Assembly: GCA_964658305.1 (NCBI GenBank)
Contig: OZ210885.1
Span: 868,001 to 932,000, forward strand
Direction: 5' to 3'
DNA: 64,000 nucleotides
Source: Leptogorgia sarmentosa
Taxonomy: Eukaryota
Shown here: positions 51,371-64,000 of the stretch, piece after piece
Position numbering within the stretch: position 1 is the stretch's first letter
How the letters are laid out: every line of letters starts with the position of its first letter
Made by a program: the position numbers and the translations under genes
The notes under the pieces: model-generated
Database searches by the model: none
Told to the model about the DNA's origin: nothing
What the model saw: the letters and a program-made list of their open reading frames with translations, nothing else

Positions 51371-52571
51371 ATAAATGCATCTAGCCTATATATGAAAAAT
51401 TATAGGTGAACCCAAATGCGAAAATAAAATAAAATAAAATTGAATAAAACAGTAGGCTACTAATTAACACGCCAACAAAATTATATAGAAACATTGATAA
51501 ACCTTGCATGATCCAGCTGAATTGAGCTGGAACAGTTTCACTAAATAACATACACGTGCAATTTGTATTAGCGGAATAACTTGAGAATTTAACAACCAAG
51601 AAAACGAGTAAATCAATTTAGTATTTATTCACTTACCCCCAACAAAGGATTGGAAGGGAGAGCTTCAATTTCATGACAAAAGAACAAGAAAAAGACAAGA
51701 AGAACGGTGGTGGACAACACAGGAAACCAACGCATGTTTGATCTTCGTTTGAAAAAGCAATGCCTTGCTCAATCCTTTCAAGAGTAGCTGCTATAAGCTT
51801 TGATAGCTTTGTGCGACAAAAGCTTAGAAATTGATCATTCAAATTGAATGTTGTGCGATATTGGAAAAGCGTTGAACAATTACATGCAGGTGGTGAAGTG
51901 CATAATGTATCATACTTAGCAAATAATAAATTGTGTCCAATATTTTTTCAATAAAAGCATAGGATAACACTGCATGAATTTATTTGAATAAAATTTAATG
52001 AATACATAATAAAAACAGTACTTGTGCATACTTTTCATATTCATTTCGCATTTTTAAATTGTTTTATTACTATAGCTGATATTGTAATATTATCTCATTT
52101 TATAGTTTCGCGGTGGGCAGAAGTTAGGTGATTAGCTAGCTATAAAGAATAAATTCACAATTCACTATACCATACTCCAGGATTGTTTAAGTTGTGTATC
52201 TCTACACTACCTAACCGGCCCCACTTGTACATGGTTAAAGGGGAAACGTCGAACAGTCCTGGATGGGTTTATTAATTATCAAAGACATAATATGTAGGCT
52301 ACATTTCGACTCACGTTCATGAACGCATGCAATGCAATTTAGGCTCATATTAATGATGATATTATCATAGTTATTAATGAAATGGCACAATGATACAATT
52401 TAAAACCGTTCATGAGATTTTCAAAGCATTTGATTAATTATATTATTGATTGCCATGCCATTGTATACATTCAAACAATACATGCATGATGGATGTGCGG
52501 AAATAAATTATGAACTTTTTTTAGTGTCAACCAGAATTATATCACGAGTGAACTAAGTGATTATTGTATTA

Positions 52572-53372
52572 AACAAGTACGGTTGTACTATTGGACCAGG
52601 AACTGGTCCTGAAACAAAGCAAGTGGCACGATCTCATTTTGACTTATTTTGACTTTTTTCAGTAATGCAGGTCAAAATGAGATCTATGAATATTAATGAT
52701 ATGAAGATTTGCACTCTACGCTACAATCTAAAATTGCTTTTAAATCTCCTACAGATCAAAGCATCATATAAATCTAACATCGTCAGTCGATGGAGAATAT
52801 CCCTGATAATCATGCATTGTGCAACTTCTTGTCGTGATGTGACACGAACAGATGGAGCCTCAGTGGTTTTAACCTGCTTTAATTATGCAACTAATTTTGA
52901 TTAGTAGAATCATACTAGTATACTACTCGATATCTATTCCTCGATAGATAGCGAGTAGCAAAACATGTGAATTTTCGTTCAAGAAAATGTCTTCTGAGAC
53001 ACGTTTTTAAATTATTTTTTGCAATATTTTCATGGTTGATCTCTGATTCTACTAAAACTTCGCCCTCATCAACTATCACCTCATAGAAATCTCGAGCTCG
53101 TAATCTAATTGTTAAATAATTATTGTGAATTGCGATTAGTACGGGCCGGTGCTACACAATTTAAAATTGCTTGAAAATTTCTTCAAAATCAAAAAATCAA
53201 AAATCTAACTCCGTCAGTCGATGGGGAATATCCCTTAGAATCGCTGTGTGAAGTTTCGCGGCGGTCCCTTGCGAATTGACGGAGCCTTAGGGTTTTTTAA
53301 AGAGGCTGATGCCCCTTTACGAACAACAAGAAGAAGATTAGCAGCGTTTGGGGACCAGTTCCTGGTCCAAAA
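52572..53372. mobile_element. Non-autonomous element with inverted subterminal motifs and an internal repeat (Helentron/DINE-like architecture)
   Basis: ttggaccaggaactggtcc (52591) and its reverse complement ggaccagttcctggtccaa (~53352); internal block atctaac..cgtcagtcgatgg.gaatatccct at ~52772 and ~53203. Confidence 0.45.
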
Positions 53373-53908
53373 ATTGCCTGGTTAAAAAAAATTGGATTTT
53401 AAAGACTAGCCTTTTTTATACCTCCTGTTTATAATTATAATAAACTTTCAAGCATTGTGATTGTGGATAAAAACACTGTGATTCTTGCGATAAGTGGAAA
53501 AGTGACTTTAAGTTCGTCTATTATATATTAATGAACTTTGTTCAGAGGCTGTGTCATGCCTGCTTCTTCCATTCATTGCACTGGCCTGTGTCTTATTCTC
53601 TCACGCAAGAATTTTGAATAATAGACTCACCCGATTTTCACCAGGTGCTTATTGTTTAAAATGTGGACCAACAATTGTAACCCTGTTTTTCAAAGTCGTG
53701 ATATCATTTTTGACAACATATTTTTGTGATCTTAAAGACGTTTTCTGTTGTACTAATGATCAGATCGTCCATAATTATCGCTGTAGAAGGTTGAATATTT
53801 CTATCAAGGTAAAGTTGCATTTTAAAAGTTTTTTAATTGATAGTAAAAATATTCAAAACACAATAAGCACAGTTGGTATAATTATAATCATATCGATTTC
53901 ATTAAATA

Positions 53909-54719
53909 CAGGGTGTATAAAAAAAAACGCAATCCTACGTTCAAATGCAATTTTCATAACGAAAAGTATTAGAAAATGGGCTATATTTACCACCGTTAGA
54001 AAGCTCTATCATTCCGCTTTCTTAAGACTGCTTGTTTGTTAAATTTGAGTTGGAAATGAGCGAGTAATCATATTTTTAGTAAGTGTGATTGGACAATTTA
54101 AAATTTGAATTTATTAAAAATTTAACTTTAGTTGGTTACAATCATTCAACGTGGCCTGGCTTTCTCACCACACACAAATCACTTCGACGTTGCATTTCCC
54201 GTGCAACTCTTCTTATTAGTTCATGATTTCCATGTAAAGCATCTGCTTCAAGCTGTATCTGCCGGTATTTAAGTACGTTACGCCAAACGGTCGTCGAATT
54301 TGGGACTTGTCGATCCGGGAAAGCTATTCGAAACAATCTTAAAACTTCCTCGGAATACTTTTTGTTACAAAGTAACCTTCAACAATAAAAGTTATTTCTG
54401 CTGTAGTGAGCTGTGGCATGATGCCTAAGACTTTAAAATTATTTCGCGAAAATATTTCAAACAAAATATTCGCATGCAACTATAACGTCCCCTTCGGAAT
54501 TAAGAACGTCGAATTAGAAGCATCTAAAAATACTGCTTGCAGTAAATCACTTATTTTGAAGTCCTAAAATCTAAATGGCCTAAAAAGTCCCAATCAACCA
54601 CTTATTGAGTAGAAAAAAGATAGGGCTAAAACATGAACTAAAAGTTAAGACATGGAAATCTATATTATTTTGGTTATAAAGCCTTAAACTTGGATTGCGT
54701 TTTTTTTTTATACACCCTG
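53909..54719 (-). mobile_element. Internally deleted Tc1/mariner-superfamily DNA transposon
   Basis: TIR CAGGGTGTATAAAAAAAAACGCAATCC at both ends with TA TSD. A minus-strand remnant (MPQLTTAEITFIVEGYF...FRIAFPDRQVPNSTTVWRNVLKYR, DUF4817-like HTH) is fused to a C-terminal fragment; the DDE core is missing. Confidence 0.85.
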
Positions 54720-54999
54720 TATACTTACAAATTGATTTAAAAAATGATTGATGATAAATAGATGCATTATCGCAATTTGTTGTATTGATATTCTGGATAA
54801 CGAAGGCGGAATAACTGAATAGCGAGAAGCAGCGGGAAATATAGCTGTGCTTACATATTAGTCTCACATTTTTCACTTGCTTCCGGTTATTCAGTTATAA
54901 ATAACATTACATACATTAGAGAAACATTAACTTAGAAAAAGCATTTTTTATGGATAACATTGGATGTCTACGATTTCATTGCAGATATACACAGCCATC

Positions 55000-57900
55000 A
55001 TGAGAATCAGTACAAGTATTTTACTTTTGATGTCGGTTACAATAAACCCCCAGCACTTCTTTGCTGAAGCAATGGAAATAGATCCTAACCCTAATCCAAA
55101 TTCGAATGCATTTAGTTCAAATATAAAGTACTGCCTTTTCAAAAACTGGAAACACGGAAATTCGCCAATCCTGTCGGCAGCTGTTGCCTGCGGAAAAGAT
55201 CGTAAAGGACTTTGTTATGGCCTCAAGAACTCTCAACAAGCATTGTTCGTTTCGTGCTACAACAAAATAACACTCATCCCAGAATTCACAGCCCACATAG
55301 TTCAACCTGCAACGCAACGAAATGGTGGGGGAAGAAACGATTTTAGAAATGAGAAAGGACCGTACGGTAAATAATACAATGTTAATGTATGTATATATAA
55401 AGGTATGTGAAAATTTAGGAAAGTGAATGATTCTAAAGTGCGGGATGTGAACGAGTTCATTCATAAACCCATGAAAAAGTCAATTTAGTAGCTGATAAAA
55501 AAACACGATTAGTAGCAGCTGGCGGTTATTTCAGAAAGGATGCAAGTCCCTTTAGTTCCCTTTAATCCTCATTTCCGGCATTGAGCATAATGTTTTATCA
55601 TCTGCAAAAAGAAGGCTGTATAGGTAACGGCGTTGATTTAAAGTACAAATTTCCAATGACAAACATCCACCAATAGTCGAACTTTTATTTTTCAGAAAAT
55701 CGCCTCCCTTACAGGAGCGTAGAAAACACATTGCGGGGAGGGGGGGGAGAGATCTAGGAATGTGCCCCTGCTCCTTTACATCGAGTTAGTAAATGTTAGG
55801 GAAAATGAGGCATGGTTTTCTAGCTTGTAGACTAGAAATATTTCAAATCACAATTTTCTTTTATTAAATCTTTAATCTTTAATCTTTAAAATTCTTTTAG
55901 CACGGTAGCCATTCAGCATACTACGCTGATTTTCAATGGGCCGTGCACAAATTACAAATATAACTAAATCTAAAATACAAAAATCGTGAAGCCTACATAC
56001 TGGTCAACTTCACACTATGGTATACACTATTACATTAAACAACTAATTAATTTATTCTTATTATGGTAAAAACTACTGACTAATTAACCCGAGGGGACTT
56101 AATCGGTTTTGTAATGGTTGATGAGCATAGATTTAGCAACGTTTAGTGTGATATTGTCGACGTTTTGTTTTATGTTATCCGGGAGATTGTTCCAAGATTT
56201 TGCCGCTCTATATGAAAAACTTTTTTTGAGAAAATTTGTGTTAGGTTTCTCAAGGGAAAGTTGGCGATAATTACTTCTCAAGTTGTATTTTTCATTTGAA
56301 CAAAAGTTGAACATTTCTGTGAGATAACTCGGAGAATTAGCAGTAAGTGCTTTAAAAGTAACAATATTTTCTCGAATTGACTAGCTTTTGTGGATTGGCA
56401 TCCAATCAAGTTTTTGAAATATTTCCTTGGACCGTACATCGTATGAAGCGCCAGTTATCACACGTGCCGCTTTCTTTTGAAGTTTAGATAGCTTTGCAAG
56501 TTTACTTTTATAACCATCATTCCAAACAGTGGAACAGTAACAGAAATTCGGAATTACAAATGCATTATACATTTTGTTAAGGATATGTTCAGGTACAAAC
56601 GATTTAGCTCTCCTTAGTAAAGCAATATTGTTTGAAATCTTCTTATTTTGTTCGTTGATATGCTTGTTCCAATTTAGGTGTTCACTTAGAATTACACCGA
56701 GTGTCTTTTTATTGGTTACACGCTTAATAACTTGATTACCAAGTTTAATTATGGGGCCCTGCTCAAATGGTGGGACTCGTTGGCGTGATCCTATTATCAT
56801 AAATTCAGTTTTCGTTTCGTTTAGAGTAAGTTTATTTGCAATGAGCCATTCGTTAACATTCAAAAGATCATGGTTAAGTTTTGTTTCAATTTCGTCTACG
56901 GTTTGAGCACTGATGGAAAGATTTGTGTCATCTGCAAATAATTTAGCCTTAGTAGTTTGGAGACATCTGGGCAAGTCGTTAATATATAAGAGAAACAGAA
57001 ATGGCCCGAGGTTGGATCCCTGTGGAACTCCGCATTTAAGTTCGTTTACACCTGATTGCTTGCCATTGATGGAACAAATCTGTTTCCTGTTGCTGAGATA
57101 AGAACTAAACCATTTCAAACTAGTTCCTCTAAAACCGTAAAGCTCTAATTTGGAAAGCAGTATGTTATGATTGACTGAGTCAAACGCTTTTTTGAAATCC
57201 AGAAACAAAACCCCATTCAATAAACCATTATCCATATTATGGAGCCAATCGTTTGTTAAATCAAGTAAAGCGGTTTCCGTAGAGTGCTGCTCTCGAAAAC
57301 CTGACTGGTTTTTAGTTATTATACTGTGATTGAACAAGTAGGTTTTAAGTTGATTACATACTAGTTTCTCGAATAGTTTGGCAATGATAGAAATGACAGA
57401 AATTGGTCTGTAATTACCACACTCGGTTTTTGTACCATCCTCAAAGATTGGTGATACCTTAGACAATTTCCAGTCATCAGGGTAAATTCCTGTTTGTAAG
57501 GAGTGATTAAAAATGCTACTCAATGAATCTAATATTATATTCCCAGCTAATTTCAACAGTTTAATACTTATACCATCGATTCCTGTTGATTGTTTAGTCT
57601 TAATTTTTGCAAGAGTGTCGAACAGTTCAGAGGCGTTGATGTTTTTGAAGCCAAAATTATTTTTAACAGGAGTTACAAATCGCAAGGGATCAACGCCATT
57701 CTGGGTGATATTTTCAGCGAGTTTAGACCCAATTGTAGCAAAATAGTCATTGAAACAAGCCGCAATATTTTGATCTCCCGTGATATTACAATTGTTCATT
57801 TTTAACTGATTTACTTCTGTAGTTTTAGATTTCTTGTTTAATAAGCTATTTATTGTCTGCCAGCCATCGTGGCTGTTCTTAGTATTACCAAGTTTTGTTT

Positions 57901-60023
57901 TGAAATACTCTGCTTTTGTGGATTTGATAAGGCCATTAACATAGTTTTTATGCCTTTTATAAGCCGTATCGTAATATGGAGATTTAAGTTTAACTGCTTG
58001 TTTCTTAAGAAAGTCCCTATGGTAACATTGTTTTTTGATATGTTCAGTGAGCCATGGTTTGTAGTCACTTTTTACACGACGTTGTCGAATAGGCGCGTGT
58101 TTCTCAGCAACATGCAAAAACCTATTTTTCCAATCATGCCACATGTTGTTTGGGTCATCTGTAATAATATCAGAAGCAAAGATATTTCTCAAGTCTTTTC
58201 TAAATTGATTAACTTCAAAATTTTTGAATTGCCGACTAAATATTTTTTTGGTGGCTCTTTTGGCACACTGACTTTACGGCATATATAAACTAAGTTATGA
58301 TCACTGATGCCCAGTTCAACAACCCCCGCTTCTACTGTCTTGTTATCATCAATCGAGCTGATAATAACATCGATTAATGTTTGAGAGTTAAGAGTTACTC
58401 TAGTAGGATTTTGTATGTGTTGTTTCAGAAGATACAGATCAAATATATCCAATAATCTAACCGTACACGCATTTTTATCTGGCTGTAATAGATCACAATT
58501 CAAATCTCCTGTAATAATTAATTCTTTATCCTCAATATCAACGCGTTTAAGAAATTCTTCAAAGAGATTGAATATTTCGATTTTAGAATTAGGTGGTCTA
58601 TACCAAGAGGAGACTAAGAACGGCTTGCTCTTAGGTTTGTTGATTTCAACACAGATTTGTTCAAGTGACTCAGGAACTAGATCATTCCGGTTAGAAATGA
58701 AATTGATTCTTGGCAAGAATTTTCTATCTTATGCAAATTAAAGTTTTCAATCGCAGAAGTTTTTCTGATAGCTAATGGATGTCAAATTGCAATGTTTTGT
58801 TTTAATTTTTATAATTTTATTTTATTTCCGAAAAAGCACCATTCAGCCAGTCAGACGTTGAAACAAAAGACAAAGATTATCCTGAACCTAGTTATGAGGA
58901 ACAAACGACAGGCAGCTTTTATAGTCGTGGCCATCTCACACCTTTCGCTGACTTTCCTACTCCTGAGGGTCGTGATCTTACAATGATAAACACAAACGTC
59001 GCACCACAATGGCAGCAGTTCAATGCAATGAACTGGGCAGCTTTGGAAGATGCTGTGAGAAAATATGTTGACCGAAATAAGCATGGTGTTTATGTTTTTA
59101 CTGGAACAGGTAAAATAATTGAACGAATGATCATTTAGGTCGATGATTTATATGAACAGTAAAAGCGCCTCTCAGTCAGTCACGTAATTACTCGGGCTAC
59201 CGTAGGTAGACCGAGTTTAAAAATGGGCTTCGATTTTCCTTTTTTTCGGTCGCGAGTTTGCAAAAAACACGCGTGGGCGACACGAAGTCCTTGAACCAAT
59301 GAAAACCTTCGTTGAATCGTTTCACGCGTGGGTTCATGGTTCATGGTGCATGCCACGCGCACTGCCAGTGGGTTCGTCATTTATAAACTTCATGTAGCCC
59401 GAGTGAACGCCTGATAAGCGTCTTGTTAGGCATAAAACGTTGCATGCAACATCCCAAAATATTTTAAGGATTTGGCTAGAAGCGTCACGCTCTATAATGG
59501 CACGCAACTTTCAAATAGGACGTTAATAGCTTGAGATTGCATTAAATATAAAGATCACAAACCAACATGGAGCTTATCTTATTGAACGTGCACCTTGAAT
59601 CAGTTAAGGTTTAAATCTGCTCTAAATGAAACCATATTTTCACTGTCTCTCTTAGCGGGATCTTACCAGAATAAGCTCAAGAATGTCGTTATTCCGAGAT
59701 ATTTCTGGAAAGCAATTTGTGATCCAGTGATCCACAGTTCTGTACTTTTCCTCGCTAAAAATCCAACTGGTAAAGAAAATCCAGATGTCTATAAAGGTGG
59801 ATGTGACCTAAAAGACGCTAATGGTAAGAGTCTTTTGAAAAAGGATGGCACACGTAAACGTCTTTCCGTCTACAAAGGTGTCATCTTATGCTACAGTGTG
59901 GATAAGTATAAAAATTCAAAAGAAGCTGATCTTTTCAAATTGCCTTCGTTTGCAACAATTTGCAACCCGGGTGAAAGAGGAACGTTCTTGGATGAAGATT
60001 TATTCACAAATATTAAGGAATAA
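55000..60023 (+). CDS. Secreted DNA/RNA non-specific endonuclease (His-Me finger; ENDOD1/NucA-like), 3 exons, ~335 aa
   Basis: Exons 55000-55366, 58837-59109, 59656-60023 (phases 1, 1) join in frame. Signal-like MRISTSILLLMSVT; CYNKITLIPEFTAH; catalytic YSRGHLTP; TNVAPQWQQFNAMNWAALE; YVFTG; VVIPRYFWKAIC. Confidence 0.85.
55862..58717 (-). mobile_element. 5'-truncated CR1/L2-clade LINE (APE endonuclease + RT) in endonuclease intron 1
   Basis: ORFs 58716-58189 (YRPP, GDLN, SDH) and 58192-56381 (YRPIS, QSGFR, LDFKKAFD, GVPQGS, FADDT), with a frameshift and a stop. Short (AAAGATT)n 3' tail at ~55864-55890; possible TSD AATTTTCT at 55852 and 58718. Confidence 0.92.
59181..59410. mobile_element. 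Small MITE-like element in endonuclease intron 2
   Basis: Inverted motif actcgggctac (~59190) / gtagcccgagt (~59394). Confidence 0.4.
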
Positions 60024-63000
60024 CTTTAAAACGTTCAGCTAGAGGTAGAATTATCAAGATGTTTATTAAAATGAAATTCCAATCCAAGTCTCAAATTGTA
60101 CATAATTTTGTATTAGTAATGGTGGGATGGGGAACGGTCTAATTATAACAACTACAGTGCCCATTGTAAAGTCAACGCAAAAAAATCTTGTAAGTTTGCT
60201 CATGCGGTTATACAGGGTCCCCCAAAAATGGAACCCGCATAAATAATTAGCTGTGTATTCATCATAAACGAAATCGCTTTGTTGTAATTGTATCACAATT
60301 ACACAGTACTTTCATCCTGTTTCGCTTTAACTTTACTGTACACAAAATATGAGGCACAGGAATATCAAGTTCGCCAAACTAATGTGGATAACAAATACAT
60401 TATTTTAACAAAAATTTAATCGAATGCATGAGTAATGCAAGTCCCCTTTTTTATAAAGAGCGCTTCTGGGAGTGAACATCCTGACAGGAATTCAGTGATA
60501 ATTGTTAGCAGGAGATGCTGGAGCAGTGTTCTGAGGACTAGCAATTTTCCATTCATACTTCTTCCGTATGATTAAAGCTTTCAGTACCTGTATTGGAACT
60601 GTTAACTAAATGTCCTGCGTATATTCGAAAAAGTTAGAGCTGTTACTGTACGTTATTGTAATAGCAATTAGAGCTGTTAATTTACCTGGAAATCCTTCTA
60701 TTTTCAGTGCAACCATGTAATTATTTATTCCGTAAAATGTTTAATTTCTTAGCTGGTCGTAAAATCTATTAATCAGCGAAGCGCATTATGGCCTGCATTT
60801 GACTTTGAAATGACTACAAGTTAAACCATCAAGTGAAAGTTGAAGAGCACCCCTATATTATCCCTAACATATCCTTTAATAAATGTAACTAAAAGTCTAC
60901 TTCTATTTACGAAAATTTTTCAAAATCAACCACTTAGTTTGGATCTAAAAAAGTAAATAAAGAAGTAATTAGTAATATTTATCAGTTATCTACCTGCCAT
61001 GGGGGGGATTCGAGAAAAAATTACCCTAAGGGATGAAGTATCCGGAAATCTGAAATATCTCGAATACCCCGAGATTCAGGTACGTAACTTATATATTATA
61101 CCGAACAGAAATACAAATCTAAACTTTATAATTAATCTATAATTAATTCTCGCCCTGAGGCAGACAGTCGTGGAAGTCAAGTCTTCAATTTTGTGAATAA
61201 TTTGTAAAATCATCTTGGCTAATCATTGAAGTTTCCATGAGACTAACTCACCATAAATATACAGTAGCTATGTACAAGTCATGATCACAACCATGATTAC
61301 AACTCCTCTGGAATTCCTGGGATGGAATTGTTCCTATAAACAGACAGAGAGTAAGGTTTGAGTTCATAATGAGGGATTAATATCAATTTTCTATTAATAT
61401 TGTTGCATAAATTATTAATGTCATTGTCGAGGTGCTGGGGAAATAAATGTTCATAATGATAATTTCAAACAAAAAGGCCCCCCAGCACTATGACCGTATA
61501 AGGTAATCAAAAATGGGGATTTGGGTTCTTTCTGTCCGTTACCATGGAAACAATGTGTAAGATTTACCATAAACTTAATGACCACTTGCTGCATATGATT
61601 CACTTACACAGCACAACTCGAGCACAACTCTAAGATATTGAATTAAATTAATTTCAGAGAAAAAGAACGGTAGAATGGCATCCAAACATACGTCACTAAC
61701 TCATTGTGTATCATCAGATCTGTTTGCCTTTAATTTCGCTTATACTGTAGCTACATTATATTTCGGATCGCCGTATGCCCGTCACCATTATTTTCTCAGT
61801 AGGAAGGCAACTGCACTATATACTCAAACAAATTGTGCATGTAAAATAAGCAAGTCGTGTTGCATTACTAACACCAAAAAACAATACCGTTTACTGAATT
61901 GAGATTGAATGAATAATTTTATTATAGTCCTCTGGTCAGTTTTAATCGGATTATTTGAACAGAAATGGATATGGCGCTTGAAAAGCTAGTTAACCAATTT
62001 ATTATAAATGGCTAGTTTAACTATTTTATAAGTGTTTCTGCCAGAAAAATATGAGTTCGTTTAAGATTTAGGACAACATAATTATGATGTTCACATCCTT
62101 TGAAATCCAAGAGGTTTCTATAATCATCGTCCAGATCATACGGCCAGATAAAGTTTCATGACCGGCAATTTTTGGCTAAGCTGGCATGAAGCCCAGCACT
62201 GTATACACTACAATTGTATAGCTACTGCCAGTGCGATAGTGAAGTCATTATATATAGACATGAATATTACCTATGTTGCATTGTTGTAATAATTTGAATT
62301 GATGCATGATACACCATCTGAGCTTTCGGTCATTAAGACTCCGACACTGACAGACCATCTGCATCACTGATGAACACTGAATATAGCTACATGTTGTGCT
62401 ATCATTAGTTCGTCATGCAAAGCAATAATTCACGTAGAAGATATATGAAGTTAAAATAGCTTTCTATCGTTCCTAGATACCTTCGAATTCGAAATAGTTG
62501 CCTTTAAAAAGTACAAAACAAAAACGAAACGAAAATCAACGCAAATAATTATAGTTTAAGCGAGAAGTCCCTAGCATTTTACATTGGGTTTCAACTGGCA
62601 TGATATCACCTGTTGTTCTCAATGGAATTCAACATAATGCCAATGTAAATTTCACCTTTCAAGGAATAGAATAGAATTAGATTTTCTGATCAGTGGAATA
62701 GCCAAATCCCAACGAAGAGCGTTTGTTAACTGTCGAATTTAATTTGTTTTACCTTCAAGTACCTAATTCACTTCGCTTCCCCCAAAAATTGAATGTGAAA
62801 GCAAATTAAAAAATAATTATACATAGATAGATTATAGAAATCGTGCATGTTTACGTAAATTTGAGCTGGCGCTTTGGATTTCATCACATAAAATAATGTG
62901 GCAAAACATAATTTATTAAAAGAAATGACCGAAAAGCTAGCTGCATCATACACAGACGTCTTGTCAGGTGAAATCAGTTTTGGAAATCAACATGCAGACA

Positions 63001-64000
63001 TGGTGGATATCAACTCAATAAATGATTAATGATGTGCTGTTAAAACAGCACTGTTCTGCTTTCAGAAATTTGTTCTTTTATACGAATAGAGATATGAATA
63101 TATTCGAACTATAACATGTGTTGGACTGTTGGTTTGACATAACTGCAAAGTTGGAATGGATTCAAATGGGCAGCTATTAATCAGGAAATGCAATATGTCC
63201 TCCTTTACATATTTGTAAGTACTCGTGCAGTCTTTCTGTCGCATTAAAACAAGCAATATATAGGTAAGAATTGAGACAGACGTTAATAAAATTCAGATAC
63301 ATGCATTGTTGAACTATAATACAAGTAAGATACACATGCCCGTATAAACATGTAGCTTGGAATTAGGTAGCATATAGCTACAGAATATGCTTTCCAAAAT
63401 TAAAAGTTGCGGTTAGGCTGGAAAAGTTGCACAGTTGGAAAGCATATAATTATATGCTACAAATCTCCCTTCAAACGGAACCAATTCTCGGGTATAGCAA
63501 TACAATGGAAAAGAGAATGCAATATCGCCTTCACTATTTTGTGTCCAAGTAAAATGCACATGCATGCGTCCATTGTTGGAGTGACGCAATATAAAATATC
63601 TCCAAGTATATTTCTACTAACTTACTTCACTTGACGTTTCCTCACAACTTTCTTCAGTATGTTAATAAACTGGAAATAAAGAGAGTTAAATTAGTATATC
63701 AAAAACTTGCACATGAACAGTTAAAACATGATAATGTCGCTTGGATCTGAGTGAAGGGGAACGCAATTTCCCCGTTCATCCGCATGGCAGTGTTATACTG
63801 CTATGTTTCGCACTTACTAGTAGTTTTTTTCTCTGAAAATATTCGCAAATTCGATCCATTATTCTTTTCAGTACATGGAAAATGTGACGAAGTGCCGACA
63901 TAGTTTTATTTCTTTTCAACGATTAATGCTAACCAGAATAGAGAAGCGCTAAACGCTATAGCAGGCGCGCGGACAGACGAGCCTGGGAACGATTAATCAA

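Noticed and set aside
60430..60800. Possible minus-strand transposase C-terminal relic
   Set aside because: Only scattered residues are recognisable and there is no continuous frame.
62150..62670. Possible Crypton/DUF3504 tyrosine-recombinase relic (YT...ATA, GH-like fragments)
   Set aside because: Too degenerate to support without a profile search.
1..64000. Bacterial contamination as the source of the microbial-type enzymes; tRNA/rRNA genes
   Set aside because: The enzymes have phase-consistent spliceosomal introns and sit among animal genes and transposons; no tRNA or rRNA signature was recognised.

Overview
AT-rich, intron-containing animal genomic DNA; the gene and repeat style suggests a cnidarian such as a coral (inference only). 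Seven spliced or compact protein-coding genes can be rebuilt by hand from GT-AG junctions. They are: two tandem 3-exon TauD/CAS-like (DdaC/SyrP-type) Fe(II)/2OG dioxygenases with mitochondrial-type N-termini; a short 7-exon TTC17-like gene; a 7-exon Zn-dependent phospholipase C of the bacterial/fungal Legionella PlcA/B-Pseudomonas PC-PLC type; a PTB-domain gene; a Shaw/Kv3 potassium channel; and a secreted DNA/RNA non-specific endonuclease. In the phospholipase C, the N-terminal 'F-x3-E-H-x2-I-G' motif appears amplified into a 15-aa His repeat. Mobile DNA includes an integrase-deleted BEL/Pao LTR element with near-identical LTRs, a CR1/L2-like LINE in an intron, a Tc1/mariner derivative, several hAT and P-type MITEs with target-site duplications, a Helitron-like tandem pair, an R4/Dong RT relic and several satellites. 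The most notable items are the intron-bearing bacterial-type enzymes, the repeated His motif of the PLC, patchwork gene conversion between the dioxygenase paralogs, an orphan inverted copy of a candidate PLC first exon, and a MITE-interrupted double-RING ORF inside a direct-repeat-bounded intronic cassette. All calls come from reading the sequence and recalled motifs; no database searches were run.
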